Below, one piece after another: positions 26,316 through 37,440 of a DNA stretch of 64,000 nt. Both the position numbers and the translations under genes were made by a program. The stretch covers positions 62,001 to 126,000 of the forward strand of contig JAHLTZ010000021.1 in the NCBI GenBank assembly GCA_025786725.1, given 5' to 3'. Position 1 is the stretch's first letter; each line of letters starts with the position of its first letter. This DNA comes from Syncephalis fuscata S228 (Eukaryota; Fungi; Zoopagomycota). Under the pieces are notes generated by a model. The model made no database searches. It saw only the letters and a program-made list of their open reading frames with translations, and was not told the DNA's origin.

Positions 26316-29300
26316 TAAATAATCTATTAACTATTTTTTGTTATTTAAAGGCCAAATACCTACATCCAATACTATCTGTATAATTGAACCAGAAATGCGT
26401 TTTATTGAACATGTGACTGGATGGTGCGTGGCATCAGTTACCATAGCACATATATTAGCATTCAAACCATCTTATCTGTTGTATAAGTTGCTTATTTGTT
26501 TATTAATAAATCTTACTGCTTTTACGTATTGCTGAAACAATATGAAAACATATATATATATGCAATGAAATAGATGGAATTGATATACTAAATAGCAAGC
26601 AAATGATTAAATAGGTTGATTTCAAACTATGTATATAGCTGTATATAATAGCGTATTTATAATTTAGAATATAGGTTGATTTCAAGCTATTTCTATTGGC
26701 GTATAATACCACGGGCAGATGGTTCTATAAATATATATAAATTGTGGTGGTTGATTAAAGAAGAAATAATATTGCATGGCAATTACCAAAACTAAACATT
26801 TAAACAAAAATCAAATCACTGGTGGCTTCTATTTGACTGCTCTCTATCGTTAACACTATTTGGATACACGTTTTAAGTATCTGTTTGATAATCTAACATA
26901 TCATTTAGCGCATATCAGTACTTCTTTATGGTATTATCTGAATTTGAAAATAACTACCAGGTACCTATTCAAAATACCATTATTTTTTTACAGCGTCTCG
27001 TTTTTTATTCGCTTTTATCAACACTTTCTATACAAGTACTTTCGATACGATAATTGATCATGGTAATGATAGCAAGACAAGGGCGAATATTATCGATTTT
27101 TACACTATTGCTATTATGTTCGACACATCACTTTGCCGTAAACAGCGTCATAACACATGAAGATGATTTTAGCACTAAAATTACTCACAACCGTCCTTAT
27201 ATTAGTTCCAAAATCACCGGCAAGCCAGTTTGTGTAACGCCTTACTATGTGCCCACGGGTATTAAGGCACTTCACGACGCAGAGTTCAAAGGAAGAGACG
27301 TGAAAATCGGAATCATTGACAGTGGGATTGATCAAGGTATTGATGCATTTAACGGAAATTATAACTATTATCGCGATTTTGTAAAAAGCAATAACAAATC
27401 TAAACAGTTACCTTATTGCAATAATTTTGGCATGCACATGGCTGGGATTGCCGTTGCAAAAACCGATTATTTTACTGGAGTTGCGCCCGAGGCGACACTT
27501 GGTACCTATCGCGTATTTAACTGCCAAGGTCCAACTTCAACCTTATTGGTGTTGCAAGCTCTAACAGCTGCAATCAATGATCAAATGAAAATTATTGTAT
27601 TGCCGGAAATTGCCGTTATAGATGAAAACAGCGCCAAGCTAAGACAAATGATAATAATTGCTGGAGTAAAAGATGTGATTATGATTGCTGCAGCAACATA
27701 ATAATTTTTTAAGCCAGCAATTCTTTTCATACCAAGGCCTTCCTGTATTAAAAGTCGGTGGCGCTAAACAAAAATACCGTCTATCGCATTGGTTTGAAGA
27801 AAAAACAACTGGACGTCGTATCGAGTTTACGTCTACATGTTCAAACATGAACTATGGTTTTGGTAAAGAAGTAGATATCTTTCCCAATAATCCTATAGGT
27901 ACATCAGATGAACATTTTAATGGGTTTCATCAAGAGGCATTGCGCTTATTTGGTATAAAAAAACAGAAATTGAGGCCTTGCTAAAGCTTGCTAAGGCATT
28001 AGAAATGACTGCCCTTATCACTGTAAACGGTCCCTAAAACAAGAAAGGAATGCGATATGCCTTTATTTAATATTAGTGAAAAAGATGCTTTATTTATAGA
28101 AGAAGGTTATAGAAATAACCGTGGGTACAAATATACTTTTGCAAAAAAGTATGGTTACATTGAGGATGGTAATGTTACTACTGACACAACTGGATTGCAA
28201 AACGAGCCATCCATACCGCCTCACTATCCTGACATTTTGGCACCAAGCTACAACGTTTACACTGGCACAATTTATAAACAACTAAGCAAACCTTATTTCA
28301 GCAATATATCAGCTGCTGTTGCCTATGTTGCTGGTGCAGCTGCATTGATGGTTGAGCTTAATCGATATAGTTCGATTGGCTTTAAAGCTATGAAAACTAT
28401 ATTACAAAACAACGCAGTTCCAGTCAAAAATAGCAATCTAAATGACTACGCTCCTGTGGAATATCAAGGTGCTGGCATGATTAATCTTAGCAAACTAATG
28501 GAAACTAAAAACATTCGCGTGGAGCCATCTTCAGTTGATATGGAGATACTTATATCAATACAGTAAATGTGCCGATCAAAATTTCATCCCAATCCACCAC
28601 AGCACTATCGTGTAGTTTTTCATATATTTCAAATGCTAGAGGTCCAAAATCAACATCTATTAGTAATTCGTCGCCAAAAACAGATGTACTTACAACTGTT
28701 TCCTTCCAAAACCTATTAATCTACAACCATACCAGACAGCCGAGATCAGGATACATATTAATATAAAGCGAAACATTCCAAAGAATAAGATACAGCCGTA
28801 TTCCGGGTATATCGTAATTGATCCTAGTCCAGGAGTTAATGGGTCACCATCGAACCGTGCTGTTTATGTCCCATATTATGGAACAGTTAGGAGTTAAACA
28901 ATTTAAATATGAACACTGTTTAACATTATTCTGTTATTTATTTGGACTACTGTTTTTTAATAAATTAGATAGCAATTCATAATAAAGAATGTCAATAATT
29001 TTATCTAAATATAATATTTAATATAGTGTATTCTCCGTACAGTAGATTCAAATATTCAGTTTTTTTTAAAGTCTGTGGTTTTACATTATGTGCCATTTAA
29101 TATTACTAAGCAAACTAATTAATCTATCATATATTGAACACGCTATATTAATAAAGCTGTTTGTTTATTAATAATTACATTTGTTGAATAGTTTGAATCT
29201 TTGCACTTATTCAGTCATACTATGTTCTATCAAAATAATTTTTGAAAAGTTATCCTTTTGCAATTGTCTATACTCTTTGTAAATTACAATTTGGTTCCCT

Positions 29301-29376
29301 TAATCGGATACACCTACATTATACTTTACCACCAATATTCATACATTTTCTTTATCACTTCATTTTATATCATTTT
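26316..29376 (+). repeat. Right arm of the ~3.06-kb inverted duplication (partner 14524-17582)
   Basis: Near-identical to the reverse complement of the left arm; about 11 substitutions and several 1-2 bp indels noticed. Confidence 0.95.
27060..28897 (+). pseudogene. Second copy of the His-less subtilisin-like gene; five frameshifts as assembled (two shared with copy 1), may be intact in vivo
   Basis: ORF pieces 27054-27701, 27685-27984, 28057-28566 and 28569-28766 almost identical to copy 1; private indels at ~27699 (-2 A), ~27934 (-1 G), ~28033 (+1 C), all in homopolymers. Confidence 0.7.
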
Positions 29377-30486
29377 CTGATTTAAAACTATGTATTTTGT
29401 ATCAATAGAAATAAAATAAAATATTATAGTGTTGAGCATATAATACTTAGATTGAGTCATATCTCTGGTATTAATAGTATTATAATACAACAACTTGCCT
29501 TTGGCATTTAAAATAACACGTTTTATAAAAAAATAGCTGTTTATTCTAAATACACAAGAAAAAAACAACGCACTCCTATTTCATTGCAAAAATGTGCGCT
29601 ACATTGGAACAACATGCATCAGCTTCATTAATAATTTATAAATACACAGGTTTATTTAGTTTAATTGTGTGCCGTATACTACTCTCAGCATTATAAAAAC
29701 ATATTAAAAGTTGTAATAGATGGCTATACATAAACCAAGATGCATTAATAACTATATCTTACAAATTCTCGCTTCAATATCTAATACATTATATCAAATA
29801 AATAAAACTAGCCGTTATAAATACCATTTAAATAGCATAATTTACTAATTTAATGACTAAAAGTAAAAAGAATAATTAATTATTTATTTTAGTTTAAAAT
29901 TTGCCGAAATCATACAATAATAAAATTAAACATTAATGATAACTATTGTTGAAATATTTAAAGCATCAAAGAAGGGCTGTATCAACTAGTAAGCCATCTC
30001 GATATTAATTAGCGTGCAACTTAAATTCTGTACAACTTCCCACTTAATAAGGTAAAATGACTTTTTGCCACCAGAATAAATCCATTTCAATGTGCTACGG
30101 ATAATTGTAGTCAAGCACTTTCAATAACTTGGCTTTTCTTTGTTTCAATATTTCTGTGTTTCTTCCTTTAAGCACTAAATAGTATATACTGCTATTCCAC
30201 TATTTCTACACGTATATATAAATCCACAACATTTCAAGCTACAACAAATTGCTCCAACATCAAGCAACATCTCAAGCACGCTTCAAATCTTGATGTGGGA
30301 CAAACAAGAAAAATGCATGCTGGTTGAGTGCCAGGTTTTAAAATCGGCAAACAATGATAAATTTTACTATAACTTATGCTAAGTTCCATGGTTATTTGCT
30401 CATGCATACCTTGTCAATTGAGATGAGCGTTGGAGCCACACATTGACGCATTGTTCAACTTTTTCATAGCAAGACCGGCAGCAATT

Positions 30487-30712
30487 ATGTATTTGCTAGC
30501 TATAATTTCAACGATACTGCTTTTGGCACATTTACAAACATGCCATTCCTTGCACCAGTTGCCTACTGTCTTAGAATCACAAACAATTCAACAGCCAGCG
30601 TCGTTTCAACAAGATTAACAAAGTAATTGACGAAGCTAAGTATTTCGGTGCAACTATTTATCTCTTGACATTGTTGCAAGTGGGGCAAAACGCAATTGAA
30701 TTGTTAAAATAA
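30487..30712 (+). CDS. Candidate small secreted peptide precursor (43 aa as assembled, ~75 aa if one frameshift is repaired)
   Basis: MYLLAIISTILLLAHLQTCHS signal-like; overlapping +1 frame gives QRR-FNKINKVIDEAKYFGATIYLLTLLQVGQNAIELLK*. Confidence 0.4.
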
Positions 30713-31031
30713 GTAAATAAGAATTGCATATGTAATAATTAAAAGCTAAATGAAGTTTATTATGCACTAAATATCATTTCTTTTATTGGTTAAAAACAAC
30801 TTTTACAAATATTAATATTTACAAAGTAGTATTAAAATGACTATTTCCAATACTATATACAAATACAAAAATAACATGCTAAATTAATACTTGTATTATG
30901 TTGTTTTAATACGATTCAAACAATATAATACTCTAACTATTTAACGCAAGTAAATAACGGGTTATATAACTTTTATTTAGTTACAGTGTGATATATGACA
31001 CCAATCAAAGCAATTAAAATAATTTAATGCA

Positions 31032-32017
31032 TTAATTTATGGACTTTGCAGTGGCAATCTGAGATAGATGAAGCATATAACCGGTTTTTGGATGATACGC
31101 AGGACTAACATTTTTGCCAAAATTCTGACAATGCCTGACTAGTATTGTTGTAACGACCACCCTAAATGTATATAAGTTACTTGGAGGCAAGTAGTTGTTA
31201 TTACTTACCAATCCATAACAAAAAACGATTCGCTATTAATTTTGGTTATAGATAAAAGGACAAAAATAGAACAAGCGATGTTGCATGAAGTGGCCAAAAA
31301 CATTGTTTGTATTCCATCGCGCGCTAGCTGTTTCCATGCTTCCGATCCAAATAGACGATATTGTTTTAGGGCGATGTAACAAAAAATAGCCGAGAATAAT
31401 ACGTTGATTGGTACATTAATTGCAAACCAGTACCAAAGAAAAAACGGAGGATAATAAACTATGCAAGCAACTCGTTCTTCTAAACTACAAAAGCAACAAA
31501 AAATTATGAGGAAAGCATAAGAGAATTGCGCCAATATAATTGGTATACCAATATACAGTATCCATTTTTGTCGACAAAGTACTAAATAAACTTTTTGAAG
31601 AAGTATCAAACTATTACAAATCATTGCAAATGACATACTGAATCCAAGGATCCATACCACAATCCGGCAACTGATGGGTAAATCCATGTACATAGACATG
31701 GAAATAATGCAGTTTGCAATACCAAAGGCTGATGGAATCAAGCAGCACCAAGAGATCATGTTACGGGGCCGTGATATGACCATTCTACCGGCAATAATGA
31801 GATTGCGTCCGAATATAAAAAACATTATAACATGTATTCCAATCAGACCCTGTATACCAAGCAGCCGAAGACGCTGTTTAGCAATGTCACCAGTGGCTTC
31901 CATAAAGAAGTCGTATATGTTCATTTCGCCAAGTGGATGAAGACGAGCACCCAAGTGCTTTATGTCACTGTTTATCCACTTGTTGTAATCTGGGCTATTA
32001 TAATTAATAAATGGCAT
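31032..32017 (-). CDS. Orphan seven-transmembrane (GPCR-like) protein, copy 1, 2 exons
   Basis: ATG 32017 MPFINYNSP..LHPLGEMN; seven hydrophobic segments; Cys before TM3 (PISCR) and in ECL2 (VAC); GT-AG intron within DW, last exon VVVTTILV..QIATAKSIN*. Confidence 0.8.
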
Positions 32018-33814
32018 TGTGAGAGTTAGAGTATATATGGCGATAATACAATATAAAGTAGCGAATGTGTTGGTGTAAGATAGAAAGCACTGACTGAACA
32101 ATTAAAAATGTATGTGCAATTTAAGCGTGTGTTTCGTAGCCATCAAGCTCTGATTATAATATTGGCGAACCAGCGAGTTATTACAATAAACCTGTTATGC
32201 ATATCGGAGCCAACCACATAGGTCATGCTGTTGCCAAACTGGATAACAGCATGTATCTCATACTACTCACGAACCACATGATAATAAAAACATCAATGCG
32301 TATCAGTAGAAACACAGGCCTTGTTTACTGGATAGCTTTATAATATACTATAATAACACTATAAAACGCTTGAACTGATTTAACAATATAAAGCTATTAG
32401 CACTAACTAAACTAAAGATAAGTAAAGCCATTAATTTGATTGATTAGTATGTGCTATATGACCGTTAGTCATTAAGTAACTATACTTGGCGATGTATCGA
32501 TCTTAATCGATACTATTTGGCAAACCCGATGCAATAGATTAAATAACCAGTTTTTCAAGGCAAAATGCCAGTGCATTGACATGAAAGCCCAGCTTAATTG
32601 CACCAATGTAAGCAAATGATTACACAGTGAATTTTGGTTAATTTTTGATAGAAATGTATAATAGTAAAATAGAAATTTATGCAGTGTTAATTTAAGTTGA
32701 TATTCACAATGTAGTTTAATCACAAAAGACTGATGCGATAACAAAACAAGACGATATTGAACATGTTAAATCACCAAAGGTAGTTATAATTGTTTAAAGC
32801 ATGGGCATTTTAGCGATAGGCAATTTATTTGAATGCCGTAAACGCATGTAAACTTGCTAGGTTGCTGTGTAACACGTTTACTTCAATTATATGGGGCAAG
32901 CATCAAATCTGGTATATCATCCATAACAATATATAGTGAACAATCAATACTGTTGAAAATAGCGAATCACAGATTATATGCTGATGACTCACGCAAGTTG
33001 TTTTAGTTCCCAATCCAAATGGAAAAAATAGAATAATGCAGAAAACAGTCTTGACTGCATAATATGAGTAGACATGCCACTGTTGCGATGTCGTTAATAC
33101 AAAATCTTGCATAAAATTGTTAAATTTTCTCCATATGCCACTTATCATCATCAGATTATAATTTTGCTGTAGCATTTATTATCTTTAAATTTAGCGGTTT
33201 ATCAAATCGATGTTTTAGTCGATCTATGATTTTGCTAGCTTGAGATGATGTGTGATGCATCAGCAGAAAATGAGCATATTTTTATTCGACCACGTTATGC
33301 ACGCAGAGCAGCTATCATGCATGGGGCACAAAACCAGTAATGGCCTTTGCCGTCGTCTGATGTATTATTCAGGTTTATATTTTTATATCTTTACTATTCA
33401 AATATTCTTCTATAATTCCAAATATTGAGTATATCGATTTAGATTCAGCCAGTTTAAATAATGCTTAATAAAACTGTAGCCTCATTAAAGCAAAGCAAAA
33501 AATAAGATACCTTATGTAAAGCTTGCTTATTTTCTTATGTATATAATAGCTTTAGAATACATAATGTTGCTAAATTTGCATACTATTTATTGCAGAAAAA
33601 GGTCAAAGTGTTTATAGCTGTCGGAACATATGGAGTAAATGTAGCCATATTAACAGCAAAAATCATTAGTGGCTATAATATGTCATTTAATTACAGCTTA
33701 TAATACTATATTCATATATTTAATATTTGCTTCATTAGTTAAATAACTATAATGTCTAATGATTCAAACATTATGTATTGCACTAATCCAAAATAACAAA
33801 AGTAATTTAATGCA

Positions 33815-34798
33815 TTAATTTATAGACGTTGCAGTGGCAATTTGAGATAAATTAAGCATATGATTGGTTTTTGGACGATGAGCAGATTTGGTATTTTTGC
33901 CAAAGTTTTTAAAATGATTGACTAATATTGTTGTGACGACAACACTAATTGCATATAAGTTAAATCTAAATAATTGACTACAATCACTTACTAGTCTATA
34001 ATGAAAAACGTGTCAGCATTGATTTTATCTTTCAATAAAATAACGATAATAGAACAAATGATACTGCATAACGTGACTAAAAACATTGTCTGTATTCCAT
34101 CGCGCGCCAGTTTCTTCCATGCTTCCGACCCAAATAAGCGATATTGTTTTAAAGCGATATGGCAAAAGATGATTGAGAATAATATGTTAATTGGTACATT
34201 AATTGCAAACCAGTACCAAAGAAAAAACGAAGGTAATAAATCGTACAGCCAACTTTTTCTTCTAGACTAGTAAAAGTAAAATAAATAAAAAGGAAGGGAT
34301 GTGCGAGTTGTGCTATTATCACTGGAGTACTGATGTAAAGTATCCATTTTTGCCGACAAAGTGCTAAATAAACTTTTTGAAGAAGTATCAAGCCATTGCA
34401 AACCATTATAAATCCCATGTTAAATTGAAAAAGTCGTATTGTAATTCGGCAATTGATGGGAAGGCCTATAAACATACATGTAACTATCAAAAGAGCTATA
34501 TTACTAAGAACGGATGGTATTAAGCAACACCAGGATACTATGCTACGAGGTCGTAATATAGCCATTTAGTGGTAATAATAAGGTTGCGTACAAATATAAG
34601 AAATATTATAATATCTACTACAAGCAAAAATTGTATACCAAACAGTCGAAGACGCTGTTTAGCAATGTCACCAGTGGCTTCCATAAAGAAATCAAATATG
34701 TTCATTTCGCCAAGTGGATGAAGACGAGCACCCCATTGTTTTATGTCACTATTCATCCACTCATTGTAGTCTGGGCTAGTATAGTTAATAAATGGCAT
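33815..34798 (-). CDS. Orphan seven-transmembrane (GPCR-like) protein, copy 2; two apparent -1 homopolymer indels (~34566, ~34232)
   Basis: Paralogue of 31032-32017 (MPFINYTSP..LHPLGEMNIFDFFMEATGDIAKQRLRL, LQKVYLALCRQKWILY, FGSEAWKKLARDG), same intron position. Confidence 0.75.
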
Positions 34799-36520
34799 TA
34801 TGTGCCAATAGCATATATAAAAGTAATACGATATAAAATAATGAATATGTTGGAGTAAAGCAGAAAGAGGATAGTACAATTAAAAGAACTGATACGACTC
34901 GGGACCACGCTTCATAGTTGTCAAGGTCTGCTTACAATAGTAACGAATCAGCAGTTACAACAAACCTGTTATACATATTAAAAAACTGTCACATGGGCAA
35001 TGGTAATGCCAAACTGGATAGTATTGCGTATAGTACACTGCTCAGAATTATATGAAATAAATGCACCTGTGCATATTAGTAAAAACACAGGCCTTTTTGA
35101 CTACTTTTTCAAATATACCACAATAACATTACAAATCACTTAAATTTCTTTAACGCATAATGCTGTTAATATTACAACATAATTGAAATGATTTAACAAT
35201 GTAAAACTATTTGAATTAACTAAGTCAAAAGTAAGTGTATTATCTAATCATGCATACTATATGAACACGTATTTTTTTTCTAAATATCATAACAACTGTA
35301 TCGTATACTAATTTATGCTTAAAGGAAAGTGAAAATGTATTGATGCACAATAAAAACTGATTTAAAAGTGAAAAGAAAGAGCATAGTAGAAAGTCAGTGT
35401 AAACCACAAGATACTGAGTTAATAAAAATTAATTTAATTGACTCGGTAATTATTCATTATAATCAATTTTGTAAAATAAATGCCATACTTGAGTGCCAAT
35501 CTTGTGGCATAGTATAAAATCGCGATGTAATGACTGCTAAGAACATACACGATATCTTTACACACAAAGCAAAAAATAATTAAGAAGTCCGATTGAATTC
35601 AAACGTGAAAACAGCCAATTACCAATTTTTTACCGTGCGATTAATATGACTCTTTTGCATCTTTCCCCCTTTGACTCTCCAGTAAATAGAATCAGATTGC
35701 TTAAGTATTTAACTAATGTATTTTACACGCTTATACCCATAATAGTATAATAATAATAAACGGCAAACATTAATATCCCGACCCATACTGGAAAATTCCT
35801 GTCATGAATTAATTTATAGATTTACCGCAATAATCGGCTATATATATATTAGTAATTCCATATTAATCATAGAATAATCTACTGCTTCTTTAGATTTAAC
35901 GGCATTTTCCGTAATTGAAAAGAATATACTTTGAATATTAATGGCGATCGGAATAATATTCCGTTCAAAAATCAGATTTAGAAGGTAATTGTAGCACAAA
36001 CAAACCCATACACACATATATATATATAAATATTATAATAATACATTAACATACATATCAATAACACTATTTATATTGATATAAAATGCTATTTAAATAC
36101 CAACAACAAGCAAATCAGCAGTATTAGTAAAATCAGTCTATTAAACAAAAAATTGTAGTGTACTTGACAACAATTCCAATATTTATCTATAAATAATGAA
36201 CATCATGCTGTGTTTCAGCTACCAATTGTGTCATTTGGCATTAACGTTAATTAACTAATACTATTAATAGTAATATTAAAGAACAAACAATACTAGCAAT
36301 CTAATGATTGGCCATTTAATCCTATCCCGTCCAATTGATTAATGTCGATCAAAACTTGAACTGTAGTATGAGTCGATCCATTGAATAGACGTTATAATAT
36401 AGAGATTGACAATTTGAACATGCATAGAAGGAAAGAACATTTCAAAGAATTGTAACATTGAAGCCAGTTATTTACACTCAAATACACACACACTTTATAC
36501 AATTCACACTCACCCACACT

Positions 36521-36546
36521 CACACACACACACACACACACACACA
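36521..36546. repeat. (CA)13 microsatellite upstream of RIM15
   Basis: Directly visible. Confidence 0.9.
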
Positions 36547-37440
36547 TTAATACAATCCGTTTATTGATTCAATCATTTGCCTGTCTATCTACTCTTTTGT
36601 TCTCTCTCTCTCTCTTACACACCTCTCTTTTATCCGTTTGCGTGCGTATATGCATGTGCGTCAGTTATTCACCTTTCATCGCTTTCCTCTCTGCACTTAC
36701 CTTGCTGTGCGTTCACGCACGTCCACATTAGTTTACTGTTACTTATTATTGCAAACAGCCAAAGACAGTGCTGGTCAGGCTACGTTAGGTTCAATTAGTG
36801 TGAACGAGATATATAAGATACGCATTAAAGCCTATTTGGCACTTGTGTTGAGGCCACACACACACGCAACACGCACACAAGCACGCACATCAAGCAATCG
36901 AGTGGTTGGCCAACTTACCAACTGACCGATCGCTGTTGCTAAATCACTGTTTACGCAGGTAACTTTTACCTGTCATTGTATTAGTATTCCCAACTTGGTA
37001 AGCTTGTATCTTTATTAAAAAGGTGAGTTGGTGCCGTAAACGTGAATGGTCAAGGCGATCTTTCCATTAAGTTGAATTGTAGCGCGTGTATATGTTTGTA
37101 AAGCGTATGCGCGTTCCATCCGTCGACTTTTCTTTAAAACAATCGCTTAAAGCCGTAACTAATAGTCTTTCTTTCTTTTACAGCACTCTTTAAACAAGCA
37201 TACCAACGTTCATATTAGTTCTGAGCGGTGTGCATGGGGCTCTAACCTTTCTCGCTCTGTCTTTCTTCCTTTTGGGTGATTTGAAAGACGTGCGCAGTCT
37301 ACGTACAACAGTCAATTATAGTGACTGTACCCATCAACGGCGCTCTATAGTTGGCTTTTGATTAAGGTTTGTTTATTAATTAATAACATATAGCATTAAT
37401 ATTAATACTAACTAAATAACTATTAAAGAATAATCGAACG

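Noticed and set aside
14524-29376. Composite transposon or giant TIR element
   Set aside because: Arms are ordinary gene plus flanks; no transposase ORF, terminal motif or target-site duplication seen
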